Shown: positions 1 through 13,024 of the stretch, piece by piece
Layout: each line of letters begins with the position of its first letter
Numbering within the stretch: the first letter of the stretch is position 1
Source of the DNA: Octopus sinensis
Lineage: Eukaryota
Direction: 5' to 3'
Assembly: GCF_006345805.1 (NCBI RefSeq)
Contig: NC_043021.1
Coordinates: 23,436,001-23,500,000 of the forward strand
Length of the DNA stretch: 64,000 bases
Position numbers and translations under genes: made by a program
Notes under the pieces: model-generated
What the model saw: the letters and a program-made list of their open reading frames with translations, nothing else
The model's database searches: none
What the model was told of the DNA's origin: nothing

Positions 1-655
1 GAGCTCTTGTTTCTATGAGCTCTTCATTTGTGAATGTTACTATTTCTTTCTTCTGGCGAAGAATGTCTGCGAAATTTACTGATGTTGTTCATTTTTTTGT
101 ATTAACATCTTCACTATTAGATAGTTCATTTTTATTGTTGTTCTTGTTGTTGCTGTTTTTGTCAATAGTTTTCGTTTCAGTTTTATTTTTATCATTTATG
201 TTGGTCGTGGTAGTGGTGGTGGTGGTGGTGGAGGTGGTGGTGGTAGCAGTTGTTGTCTCGTGGTTGCTGTTGTTAGGGGTGGTGGTGGCGGTGGTGACAG
301 GGCTGTTAACGCACGTGGTTGCAGCGTTCATTTCACCGAATTTTACGTTTACATTTTCCGTGCGAACGTTCTTTTTTTTTCTATCGGTTCCAGACTAGGA
401 AAATGTTGTTCCATAAAAGAACGCGACCAGCGCTCAACAATAAAATTTCTAGACATTTTCTAATGTCGAGAAGAAAATTACAGAAATGAAATGGGGTCGA
501 AACTGCCCCTAGGGGCGAATTCCTCCCTTGGAAAAGCACTCAAACGAAAGTTGGTTGCCTGACACACCCTATTTGCAAAAATGTACAAAAAAATTGGGCT
601 ATAAATAGTCAAAATACACAATTACCTTCGGAGCTGAACTGACATCACATCCGTC
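1..655 (-). mobile_element. Tx1/L1-clade LINE copy A, 5' end only (5'UTR plus ORF1 N-terminus; continues left of the window)
   Basis: About 95% identical by eye to 53483-54128 (copy D). ORF1 ATG at 456 (MSRNFIVERW...). The 5' end abuts (TATC)n. Confidence 0.9.
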
Positions 656-1026
<371 letters not shown>

Positions 1027-1334
1027 AACTTTCTTTTATTAGCCACACAGGGCTGAATACAGAGGGGACAAATACAAATGCAGAGCTTTTCTTTTCGAGG
1101 GTGGAAAAAAAAGAAAATAAATGTAAGATTGCGATCAAAAGGGATCGAGAGGAGGAAAAGAAAGGAAAAAAAAAGAAAATCGTGTATCACAGAAATAATG
1201 ATATAAACATTGATATAACAAGATTGGGTTCATCCGTGGGAAGAAAAGCCTACAGAAAAGACCACGGGAACCCCAGTCAGGGAGGAAATAACCACATGAG
1301 ATCAAAAATGCTCTCTTTCTTTCTTTTTTACGAT

Positions 1335-4300
1335 CTACAGGATCATGCTCAAAATGGTTTCGTTACTAGCACGCACCATCTTTGCAACATTCACCCATCT
1401 TTCTTTGAATCTTTCGCGAGACAAAACTTCCCTCTCCATTCTCACCTTCCTTTTCAAGTGGTACTTGAAAAAGTTGATGAGCGATTGGCCAGAGAGGTAA
1501 GTGTTTGTCTCTAATCCTTTCGCTCGAGTCCACCACACACATTCTTTCACCATGGCCACCAGTACGATGAAAACTGCCTTGCCTTCCCGGTTGAGGGACG
1601 GGGGCGGAGCAATTCATACGATAGACTCGGCCGATAGGCGGATTCGTCCCACACGTGAGAGCAGCCGTTCGGCATAAGCCCACAGGTCGGAAATGGTTGG
1701 ACATTGCACGAGTGCGTGCAGAACGGTTTCGTCGCTCTGACCGCATCTCGGGCGAGTCGGTCCAGTGTGTCTGGAACCGTGTCTGTAGAGCTTATCCCGA
1801 ACAGGTAATGCTTCTCGATAGCACTGCCAGGCCAGGGATCTTTGGTGATTGTTCATAGGTCCCGGCCCGAAAGTTGTCCTGAACAGGCGGGTCAGGTGTT
1901 CCTCGTCGACGCCCAGACTCTGCCCGAGTTCGTCGTCGCACCTCCCCTCCACTAATCCTCTATAGAATGCCTTTGTTGTGATGGAGTCGCACAAGTTCGA
2001 TCCCGGACGGCAGAGTTGCTTGAGAGCAACGCGACACTCACTGTGCCATTCGCCTAGCCTCGGTCTCTGCTTAATCCATGACTGTAGTTCGTCCAAGGAG
2101 ACGAGCTGCGGGAAAGCGCGCCGCACAAAAGGCGACCACACCTGTTCACCGTTGTCTATGAAGCGCCGGAGATGTCGCAGTCTCAGCGCATGTCTGCGCA
2201 TCATCAACCACGGCATGCCCAGCCCTCCATTTAGCGGGTGTTGGCAGCAAATGGATCGCCTAACCATCGGAACGTTTCCCTTCCACAAGAAGCGGAAGAG
2301 TATACGTTCCAGTTTGGTGATGGTAGGGTCGGGACAAGGCACGACGGTCAGACGATACTCGATGACGGATGCGATGTACGCGTTCGCCACCTCCGCCCGA
2401 CCTTTTAGGGATAGCTTTCTCTCAGTCCATTTCTGGGTGAGAGTAGCCACCCTAGTCGTTATCTCGCCCCAGTTCTTCTCCATTTGGAGGTCCGGACCGA
2501 ACCAGACCCCGAGCAATTTAACCGGTCCGTCCGTCCAGCGTCCCACGATGGAGACGCTGTTGGACGGCATGGGCTTGCTTCTCCAGGTGCCGAGCCGCAA
2601 GCCCACTGACTTTTCCCGGTTAATTTTTGCTCCCGTTACCGCTTCGTATTCTTTTAGTGTCTCGCCGACCAGCTCGATGTGCTCGTAGCTCGACACTATG
2701 ACGGTGACGTCATCCGCGTATGCAGACACGCTCCTCCCGCATCCCAGCTCTCGTGGGATGCCCCTCAGCTTCGCCAGTTTCCGCAGTAGTGCCTCAAGAG
2801 TCAGTACATACAGCAGCGAAGAGAGGGGGCATCCCTGACGAACCGAACGCATGATGTTAAAAGGTCTGGATAGATGACCATTTACGCGACCTACTGATCG
2901 GATGCCGCTGTATAAGGCAGCGATCCAACCGCGGAAAACTGGACCGAAACCAGCCGCTTTAAGGACAGCCTCCAAGTAGTGATGGTCTACCCTATCGAAG
3001 GCTTTTGATTGATCCAAATTGATCAGCGCCCCACCCATGCCAGGATTTTTAACTACCCTGTCTATGATGTAGCGCATCAGATGGAGGTTGTCATGAATAC
3101 TTCTACCCGGCACGGCGCATGTTTGCGCCTTGTCGATTAGTTTTTTGATGACAAGCGCCAACCTCTCGGCTAACACCTTGGCCAAAATTTTCAAATCTGC
3201 GTTGAGCAGAGTGATGGGCCTGAAATTATCTATGATGTCCCCCTTGTTTGGGTCTTTCTTGATCAGTCCCACTGCTCCTCGCTTTACAAAACAGGAATAC
3301 TCCCGTTCTGCTGCCAGTTGCAGTAGACAGCTGCCAAGACGCCTCCAAACAAGTCTGGCATATGAAAATAAAGTTCGTAGGGCAGACCATCCAAGCCTGG
3401 TGACTTGTCTCTCGCGCAGCCTACCATCGCATCCTGTACGTCCGCAGCTGTGATAGGCTTTTCACAAGACTCCACCTCCCTTGCTGAGAGTTGTGGCAAG
3501 GCATGCAGGTAGGCACTAAAGTCCACTCTGCTTTCTGACTCACCACTCGTCCCAAACAGTTGGGTGAAGTGTTGTTGAAAAACCCCACACATCCTTTTAG
3601 GCTCGAGCAATTCGCGCCCCTGTTCATCTATAAGAGACTTGATGGTGGCTCTGTTGCCTCGTTGCGTCTCCACCACTCGGGCCTCTTGGGCGGCTCCAAC
3701 TCCTTCGTTCCTCAGAGCACGCATCCTAGCTCTGACAACGCATCCCTCGTGTTTGGCGTTGAGGTGTTGGTCGAGGGCCAATCTCGCCGCCAGCACGTTG
3801 GACGCGATGCCAGTTCTAAGTGCCTCTTCTAAAACCTTAACTAATTCTCCCTCTATTCTATTTCGGTCTAATGCTAGGGCTCTACTGTATCTGACTGATT
3901 CTGCTTTAATCGCTTTTTTTAGGGCATGCCACCATCTGTTGTTGATGATGGTACCCGTCAAAGCTCTCTTAACTAATGTGCTGATCCGGTCCCTGTAAAC
4001 CTGTCGTGCTGTGAAAGACGCGTTCAGTTTCCAGTAACCAGGACCCTGCCTATGTGTTTTATCTAAGTCAAGTGTACAAGTCACAAACTTGTGATCTGTG
4101 TAACTGACTATATGAAATTGTGGACAACCTACACTATTTTTATCTATTGTCCTACAGAATACTCTATCTAAGTATGATCTGGACGACCCGATGCGGTTAC
4201 TCCATGTCCACATTGGTACATTCGGGTGGTCCAGTCGGTACCTGTCAGACAGTTGGAAACGTCTGAGCAGGTCTTTGAGGCATTTGCATCCCCTTCTATT

Positions 4301-4771
4301 GCTATCTCTGCCCACGTAGTCTAGATGCGTGTCCAGGGTGGCATTCCAATCCCCCACTAAAAGTAAAGGACGAGACGTTCCCATGAAAGACTCTAGACGT
4401 CGAAAGAAATCTGGTCGGCCTGTTAAGGACGGTGCATAAACTGCTATCAGTCGAAAAGCACACTCATTGCTGCCATCGACATCCAAAACGACCAAACTAC
4501 CCTCCGGGTCTAGGAAATTTGCTCTTACTTTGAGATCCAGACTCTTCCGGATAAGCACCGCGGTGCCACCTCCACCCATTCTCGGTAGACACGGAGAAAA
4601 ATAAATGTTGAAATGTGTACCGAAAATGTGCTGGAGTGCCCGCAAGCTGTGGAGTCTGGTCTCACTGATGGCTATGATATTCAGATTTAGTGACTTGATG
4701 TCATTTAACAGGTAGCCTTGTTTCCAAGGCGACCCCAAGCCACGTACATTTATACTACCTATTCTGAGCAT
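1335..4771 (-). pseudogene. Copy B ORF2: APE endonuclease, reverse transcriptase, C-terminal zinc knuckle (2 frameshifts)
   Basis: APE motifs SINVRG, ISETRL, VGDWNA, SYTDH; RT motifs NFRPITLL, DQSKAFDRV, VRQGCPLS, YADD; ORF pieces 3284-4789, 1614-3272, 1335-1559. Confidence 0.93.
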
Positions 4772-4813
4772 GTTCCGATAAAAGTGCAAAAAAGGAAAGA
4801 GAGAGAGAAAAGG

Positions 4814-6984
4814 TTACTTGTTTTTCGAAAGTTCTTTGTCTTTCACCTCACGGTCTTCTTCTATGAGGCTTTTGTACAGTTTTTTCGATGAGTACTTTTG
4901 AAATCTCCCTACTGCATCAGGGTAAAGAGATTTCAGGGTGCTGTATGTGTTCTGTGTCACGTGTATTATTTTAATGTGTAGTGGTGGTGTTGTGTGTGGG
5001 TGGTTACTTGTTTTTATGTCGTTTTCAGTAATGTTAGTGTTTGACCTAATGTGTTCCATTAGGTCGTGGTTGTTTGTGTTTATGGCTGTCAACATTGTTG
5101 GGGCGTTTGATGATGGTGTGTTTGTGTTGATGTGTGTGTTTTCTGTGGATTTTTTTATTTCGGGAGTGGTGTATCTTCCCGCTTTGTTTGTTATGTTTTC
5201 TTTTCTTTTTTTTCCCCTTTTTCTTCTCCCCCCTGTGGCTATTTGCCAATCTTCCGTGTCGTCTTCGTCTAATGACAAATCAGACGATTCGGAGCCTGGA
5301 AGAGGGAAAATATTGGGGTCTATTGTCGACTGTGTTGATTTTGTTGTTGGTGTTGGTTGGTGAGCGTTTGGTTGTGGTGTATGCGGTTTTGGAGGTGGAG
5401 TTTGGGTATTTTGTGTTTGAGTGATTGTAGGTATTGTTGTGTTGTTTGGGGTCTCAATTTTGTGGGGATTTGGAGTTGTAATTGTTTCTTCATTTTTGCT
5501 GGGTGTCTTTTTGGCAGATGTCCTTGGTTTGGGAGTTGGTATATTCTTGGTTGTTGTTGTTGGTGATGCTGCTTCTGTTCTTGGTTCTGCAGTTGGTGTG
5601 GTTGTTTGTTTGGTGAGGTTTGTTCCTGCAAAAAGTGTTTTTGTTTCCGGCTGCTGTTGTTGTTGCTGTTGTTTTCTTGCGGCAGATTTGCAGTCTTTTT
5701 AGGTGTTGCTCACTGCCGCATATGTAGCAACGTTGTCTTCTGCCATCGACGACCACATATAACTTGTGGTCGTCTGATACACATATCTGGGTGGGTATTT
5801 TTTTATATCTTCATGATGTATATGTAGAAGAAATTCTACTTTTTTTCCCACCCAGATTTTATGCTCTGTGACCGTGGTTTCCAAAATAGTAAAATTCGTC
5901 ATTTTTACGCATAAGGCCTTTACAAGCCATAGATTATTGGCTATTTTGGGGACATTGTTTAAAGTGATCTTAGTCACTTTCTGTCCCCGATAGCTTGGTG
6001 TAAGTTGGAGTTCATCTGAGTGAAGAGTTAGCGTTGAGAAACGTCTAGCTAACTCTTCGGTGTAGAAAACAACTTGTATGTAGGCAAATTTGTTCCACCA
6101 GGTTACATATTCTTTGTGATTCCAGATGGGTTTCAAGCACTTCTCTATTTTGCTTGTGTTAGCCTTCTTTGGGCTTTTTGCTTTTTTGTTAACTATTTTA
6201 TAAATGATTGTTCGTCTTTTTTCATCTTCCAAAATGTCTTCTGGTATGTTTATCTTCACTATACCATCTGATTCTGTTATTTTAATGTTCGTGTCCTGTA
6301 TTTGTTGAGCCGTAAAATATATTGTTGTTTTTTTTTCTTTAATCGCCTCAGCGAAATTTGTTGTTGTTTTGTTATTGTTGTTGCTTGTGGTGATGTTGTT
6401 GTTGGCTGCAGTTTGTAAAATTGGTGTGTTTGGTTCGATTGTGCAAGTAGGAAGGGGTGGAAAATTATTTTCGTAATTTATTCCTGTACTCAAGCAGCTT
6501 TTGTCAATTTGTTTGGTAGCTACAGATTTTTGTTTATTCACTTCAGTTCTTGTTGTTTGAAGTGAAACAGGTCTGAACGGAATTGTTGTTGTTGTTATTG
6601 TTGTTTTTGTTGGTGGTGGTGGTGTCAGTGGCAGAAGAGGCAGCCGAGGCAGCAGATGTCGAAATGGTGGCGCAATTTTTATTTTTGCTGTCATTGTTAT
6701 TGTTGTTGCTGTTGGTAGTTGAGGTAGTGGATGAGGTGGCGGCGGTGGTGGTGGTGGTGGTGAAGGCGGTGGTGGCAACAGTAGAAGTGTCTATGTTGTT
6801 CTTGCTAGTGGCGGTGTTGGTGACAATGCTGTTACTACACGTAGTAGTAGCGTTCAATGCACATTCATTCATAATTTTACGTCGCGCGCAAAATTCTTTT
6901 TTTTTCTCCTAGCGTTTCTAGTCTAGGAGAAATCTGGTCGATAGAGGAACGCGACCATTGTTCCACGATAAAATTTCTAGACAT
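4814..6984 (-). pseudogene. Copy B ORF1: Thr/Asn-rich N-terminus, central domain, CCHC knuckle (frameshifted)
   Basis: Pieces 6543-6872, 5699-6778, 5490-5756 (CYICGSEQHL...), 5320-5631, 4814-5278. ATG at 6984 is homologous to the in-frame MSRN start of copy E. Confidence 0.85.
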
Positions 6985-7185
6985 TTTCTAATGTCGAGAA
7001 TAAAATTACAGAAATGAAATGGGGTCGAAACTGCCCCTAGGGGCGAATTCCTCCCTTGGAAAAGCACTCAAATGAAAGTTGGGTGCCTTACACAACTTAT
7101 TCACAAAAATGTACAGAAAAATTGGGCTATAAATAGTCAAAATAAAGAATTACCTTCGGAGTCGATGAGACAACACATCCATAGA

Positions 7186-7188
7186 CAG

Positions 7189-7221
<33 letters not shown>

Positions 7222-7240
7222 CATAGATGGATAGATAGAT
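7186..7240. repeat. (GATA)n tract between copies B and C
   Basis: Direct reading. Confidence 0.95.
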
Positions 7241-9969
7241 ATGTTTCTTTATTAGCCACACAGGGCTGCACACAGATAGAACAAATTACAAGGTAGAGCT
7301 TTTCTTTTGAAGGTTTAAAAAAAAAAAAAAAAAAGGAAGGGGGAGTTTCGATCAAAAGGGATCGTAAAAGGAGAGAAAGAGGACAAAAAAAGGGGGGTTA
7401 AAAAAAAGGGGAGGGGGAAAAAATTTTGATCAATAGGGATCGTTATCACAGAAATGTCAATATGAAGTGTAAAGGGGAGGACAGGTGAGGTTTACCCGTG
7501 GAAAGAAAAGCCTACGGAAAAGACCACGGTAACCTCGGTCAATGGAGTCACATGTTATATTTCTTTTTTTTTTTTTTTGCGAATAAGCAACTCTCTGTTT
7601 TCAATTTCTGGGTTCATAGGATCATGCTCAAGGTGGCTTCGTCATTCATACGTGCCATTCTTGCTACATTCACCCATCTTTTTTTAAAACATTCGCGAGA
7701 CAAAACTTGCCTCTCTACTCTCACTTTCCTTTTCAAGTGGTACTTGAAGAAGTTGATGAGAGATTGACCAGAGAGGAAAGTGTTTGTCTCCAATCCTTTC
7801 AGACGCGTCCACCAGATACATTCTTTCGCCATAGCCACAAGGATGATGAAAATAGCTCTTCCTTCCCGTTTGAAGGAAGGAGGCGTGACAATATTGACGA
7901 TAGACTCAGCTGATAAACCGACTCGTCCCACACGTGACAGCTGTTGTTCGACATAAGCCCACAGGTCGGAAATTGTTGGACACTGCACGAGTGCGTGCAG
8001 AACGGTTTCGTCGCTCTGACCGCATCTCGGGCAGGTCGGCCCCGTGTTTCTCGAGCCGTGTCTGTAGAGCTTATCCCGAACGGGTAGTGCTTCTCGGTAG
8101 CACTGCCAGGCCAGGGATCTCTGGAAGTTGTCCATGGGCCCTGGCCCGAAAGTCATCCTGAACAGGCGGGTCAGGTACTCCTCGTCGACGTCCAGGTTCG
8201 CCCCGAGCTCGTCGTCGTACCTCCCCTCCACTAAACACCTATAGAATGCTTTGGTTGTGTTGAAGTCACTCAAGGTCGACCCAGGACGGCAGAGTTGCTT
8301 GAGAGCAACGCGACACTCGCGGTGCCAATCGCCCTTCCTCGGCCTCTTTTTGATCCACGACTGCAGTTCGGTCATGGAGACGAGCTGCAGGAAAGCGTGC
8401 CTCACAAACGGCGACCACACCTGTTCACCGTCGTCTACATAGAGCCAGAGATGTCGCAGTCTCAGCGCCTTTCTGCGCATCATCAACCACGGCATGCCCA
8501 GCCCTCCTTTTAACGGGTGTTGACAGTAAATGGATCGCCTGACCATCGGGACGCATCCTTTCCACAAGAAGCGAAAGAGAATGCGTTGTAGTTTGGTGAT
8601 GGTAGGGTCGGGACAAGGTACGACGGTCAGGCGGTAGTAGATGACGGACGCGATGTACGTGTTCGCCACCTCCGCCCGACCTTTTAGGGACAGTTTCCTC
8701 TCGGCCCATTGCCGGGCGAGAGTGACCACCCTGCTCGTTATCTCGTTCCAGTTGTTCTCCACTTGGAGGTCCGGACCAAACCAGACCCCGAGCAACTCAA
8801 CCGGGCCGTCGGTCCAGCGTCCCACGACGGAGGCGCTGGTGGACGGCATGGGCTTGCTTCTCCAGGTGCCTAGTCGCAAGCCCACTGACTTTTCCCAGTT
8901 GATTTTCGCTCCTGTCACCGCTTCGTAGTTTTTCAGTGTCTCGCCGACCTGCTCGATGTGCTCGTGGCTAGACACTATGACGGTGACGTCGTCCGCGTAT
9001 GCAGACACGCTCGTCCCGCATCCCAGTTCTCGCTGGATGCCTCTCAAGGTTGCCAGCTTCCGCAATAATGGCTCGAGAGTCAATACGTATAGAAGCGACG
9101 AGAGGGGGCATCCCTGACGGACCGAACGTGCGATGTCGAAGGTTCTCGATAGATGTCCATTCACGCGAATTACCGAACGGATGCCTCTGTACAAAGCGGC
9201 TATCCAGCCGCGGAAGACGGGACCGAAGCCACCCGCTCCGAGGACCGCCTCCAAGTATCGATGGTCCACCCTATCGAAAGCTTTCGATTGATCCAAATTG
9301 ATCAGCGCCCCACCCATGCCAGGTTCGTTAACTACCTTGTCTATGATGTAGCGCATCAGGTGGAGGTTGTCATGGATGGTCCGGCCTGGCACGGCGCATG
9401 TTTGCGCCTTGTCGACCAGTTTCTCGATGACAAGCGCCAACCTCTTGGCTAGCACCTTGGCCAAAATTTTCAAGTCTGCATTAAGCAGAGTGATGGGCCT
9501 AAAGTTATCTATTACGTTTCCCTTGTTTAGATCTTTCTTCAGCAGTGTTACGGCTCCTCGGCTCACAAAACCAGGAATGCTCCCGTTTTGCTGCCAGTTG
9601 CAGTACACCGCCGCCAAGAGATCTCCAAACAAGTCTGGCATACAATTGTAAAGCTCGTAGGGTAGACCATCCAAACCCGGTGATTTGTCCCCCAAGCATT
9701 CTGCCATCGCTTCCTGCATTTCCGCCGCCGTGATGGCACCTTCGCAGCACCCTGCCTTTCTTGTCGAGAGTCGTGGTAGGCTATGTAGGTAGGCACTGAA
9801 GTCCACCCTACGTTCTTGCCCTCCACTCGTTCCGAACAGTCGGGCAAAATGCTGCTGAAAGGCCTCACACATTTTACTTGGCTCGAGCAATTCGCGCCCC
9901 TGTTCATCTACCAGGGACCGAATGGTGGCTTTGTTGCCCTGTTGCGCCTCTGCCACCCGGGCCTCTCTC
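7241..9969 (-). mobile_element. Tx1/L1-clade LINE copy C, 5'-truncated, with uninterrupted RT-CCHC frame (7614-9969)
   Basis: ORF 7614-10097 is RT (YADD) through CPRCGQSDETVLHALVQC with no stops. The truncation point fuses directly to (TATC)n, and the 3' end has AATAAA then (TATC)n. Confidence 0.95.
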
Positions 9970-10059
<90 letters not shown>

Positions 10060-10110
10060 TCAAACAGACAGATAGACAGACAGACAGATAGACACACAGA
10101 CAGATAGATT
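9970..10110. repeat. (GATA)n then (GACA)n tract at the 5' truncation of copy C
   Basis: Direct reading. Confidence 0.97.
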
Positions 10111-10163
10111 AAATATGTTTATTATCTTTGTTATACCCACACATGCATATAGTATAATATATA

Positions 10164-10935
10164 CGGAGGGTGTTCATTATAGATTTCTCCCGACCCACAT
10201 CTCAAAGACTGGGATAAACGAAACTTGGCATAATTATTAGCCCTTCTCTACATGGCCACCACCTATGGAAACACACCTCTCACATCACTTTATGCAGCTG
10301 TGAAAACGTCGTCTGTAGAAGTTGGTAGGTTGCGTCTGGAACTAAGACTTTACCTCGGAAATAAGTTCATCATCCGAAAAATGCTTCCCCTTCAAAAAAG
10401 ATTTCTTGATTGGAAAGAGGTGGAAGTCCGATGGTGTGAGGTTGGGAGAATAAGGGGGTGAGGAAGGACTTCATAGCTGCAGGAGTTTGCTTCTATCTGA
10501 ACAACATGCACATTGTGAACCAGGCATTGTCTTACAGGAGGCAGGATATTTTGGTCAGCATGCCACGCCTCTGCTTCGATGCTGTCCCGCAATTTCTGCA
10601 GCAGAAAAGCATAATATGCCCAGTTAATTGTGGTTCCCATTGCCTCGACTGGACTTTAGTCTCAGAATCATAGTGATGGACCCATGTTTCATCCTGTGTG
10701 ATAAGTCTACTGCAAAAGTCCTCCTCGTTTTCTTGACATTGTCAAAATGGGCGCAATTGCCTCGTTCCTGCTTCTGAAAGACGTGATCATCCTGTGATCC
10801 ATCGTGCAGACAACTCTCGCATGTGCAAATGGTCATGAATGACTTTTTCCATGGACTCTGCTCTTATCTTCATTTCTTGGGCTAGTTGCCGAATTGTTAT
10901 GCGGTGATCCTACAAAATGCTGGCTTCCATTTTAT
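10164..10935 (-). mobile_element. mariner transposase relic (duplicated at 59746-60517)
   Basis: Frameshifted DHRITIRQLAQEM..HDHLHMRELSARW, GTTINWAYYAFLLQKLRD, LPHP.YSPNLTPSDFHLFP; TA|CGGAGGGTGTTC terminus. Confidence 0.85.
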
Positions 10936-12262
10936 GGATAGTGCAGAAGTTCATTGGGAGCATGAAATCGCATGTCTGAAGTAATTCAGAAAAGTGGTGG
11001 TCAAGCACATTATTTTTGAGGCACTGTAAGAGAATATCAATGAAATATATCATAATTTCCCAGTTTTGCATCATTTTTGCAACATTATCTAATCAGACAT
11101 TATAATTTTGAAAGGGGCAGGTTCTGGAACTGTATGATTTTTCTTAATTATTATCCAATTTATTTTTGGATTTCAATAAATTTGAATATTGCAATGCCTT
11201 CTTTAATTCCATTTCCTAACTAGAGGTGAGTGTCATGATTTTGAGGAGTATAGTACGCCAGAAAAAAATAGTGCCCTTGCTTAATAGTTTTGAAGAGTAA
11301 TTTATGTGTATGTACATTTTTATAAACACACGAAATTATTTTGACAAAAAATTAAATTTAAATGTTGAAGTGAAGCTAACGGTGTTTTGTGTGTTCTTAA
11401 ATGTCTTATAAACTTCTTCCACGCTGCAATTTTCTTTGTTTCAGCACACGACCTCAGATCAAGTCACTTTCTATACAAGTACATCTCCGTAAATTGTATG
11501 TATGTATGCAAGTATGTATATATGGATGTATAAGAGAATATATATGTACGTTTTGCATGCTGTGATTCTGTATGTTGGGTGCAGGTCGCTCATATTAGAA
11601 TCTCTTATATCATGAGCCTTACACAATAATGCACAGATGGCGTTGTCGCTGTCTTCGCTGATTTCCGCCTGCTGCAACATTCTTACCGCTGCTAGAAGTA
11701 TGTGGCCAACTAGTGAAAAACATCTGCTTATTCACACCATCTCTCTCAACAAGAATCCTTCCAAGAACTCTCGTGGTCACATACTGTAAAGAAAGCCACG
11801 CATGTAATTAGCAAGGAAGCTCCTAGCATCTATGGGCCTTAGATATACTTTTTACAGGTCCAAACTCGTGCTTATGTTGTGGCATTTGTCAGCAGAGGCT
11901 GGCCAGTTACTTTGTAGAGTTAAATGCTTGAAGAATCCACCAAAAGAGATAAACAAGTCAGGGTGGTTGACTGTGAGATAATTTCTGGTTGGTTGGATTT
12001 CGGGTGGTACCTTGCTGCTGAAAAGATTTAGCACTATTGTTACTGTTGCAGCTGTTGCTGTTGTTGTTGCTTCTACTGCGAGAACAATAAAAACATGAAG
12101 AAGATACATAGTCAGATAGATAGTTTCACTGATAGACAGACAGACAAACAAACAGGCAGCCATGCGGGCAAGCAGGCAGACAGGTAGGCAGGCAGGCAGA
12201 CAAGCGAGCATATGTTTACGCCAATCATGTTATCGAAAAAACAAAAATACGTCCTAAGAAGA

Positions 12263-12319
<57 letters not shown>

Positions 12320-12844
12320 CAGTAGTAGTAGTTTGTTTTATTGTTGCTTTAACCATTATGTTGATAGTATTTTTGTTGATTCAAATGATTGTCCTCTCTT
12401 TGTGTTATTCAAACAAACATTTCGAAATAAATATGGACGAATTCACAAATCAACTATTATTTGTTAAATTTGAGAAAATCTATTTAAAGGCAAAACATTT
12501 CGTGATGGTGACGGTTGAAACGTCAGTTAATACTGTTTCGGGGCTGCCCTGGGGTTAAACAAGGAAACACAAACAATAATAACAGTAAAAATAGCAATGA
12601 TCTAGCAGAAGTGGCATCAAACTTTATTTCTCATAATCATTAATTGGTTAATTTTTATTCTACAGATAGTTAAGATACTTTCCATATGTGCATGTTCCTC
12701 CTTGCTTGGATATACCAATATACATGCATGCATACATACATACATACATATATATATATATATAATATATATATTTAGAAAGACATAGATATTTAAGAGT
12801 ATGTATGTTATGTGTATATATATATACTCACTCATTCGTATGTA

Positions 12845-12880
<36 letters not shown>

Positions 12881-13023
12881 TGTATGTATGTATGTATGTA
12901 TGTATGTATGCATGTATGTATGAATAATATAGGAGGTATAACTATATAGAAGCTAGTATTGTTTGTGTATACATGTACACGATTACAAGTACGTACTGCA
13001 CTAATGAAACAGTCCCCTTTTAC

Positions 13024-13024
<1 letters not shown>

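Larger units (their letters stand above)
1027..7185 (-). mobile_element. Tx1/L1-clade LINE copy B, full length (about 6.2 kb)
   Basis: 5'UTR, ORF1, ORF2 (APE+RT+CCHC), 3'UTR ending AATAAAagaaagt(TATC)n; GATA tracts on both sides. Confidence 0.95.

Noticed and set aside
481-655. HDV-like ribozyme in the LINE 5'UTR
   Set aside because: I could not build P1/P2/P3/P1.1 with a catalytic C by eye; only simple hairpins are supported. An Infernal search would settle it.
1655-3998. Plus-strand ORFs overlapping LINE ORF2 (e.g. 1978-2688, 8641-8928, 49695-50099)
   Set aside because: Antisense shadows of a GC-rich RT frame; stops and starts differ between copies.
11852-12211. ORF kept in both duplicate copies (also 61434-61784), with an acceptor-like site
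   Set aside because: The copies are about 98% identical, so retention is uninformative; there is no recognisable domain, and the STC frame already terminates at 13164.
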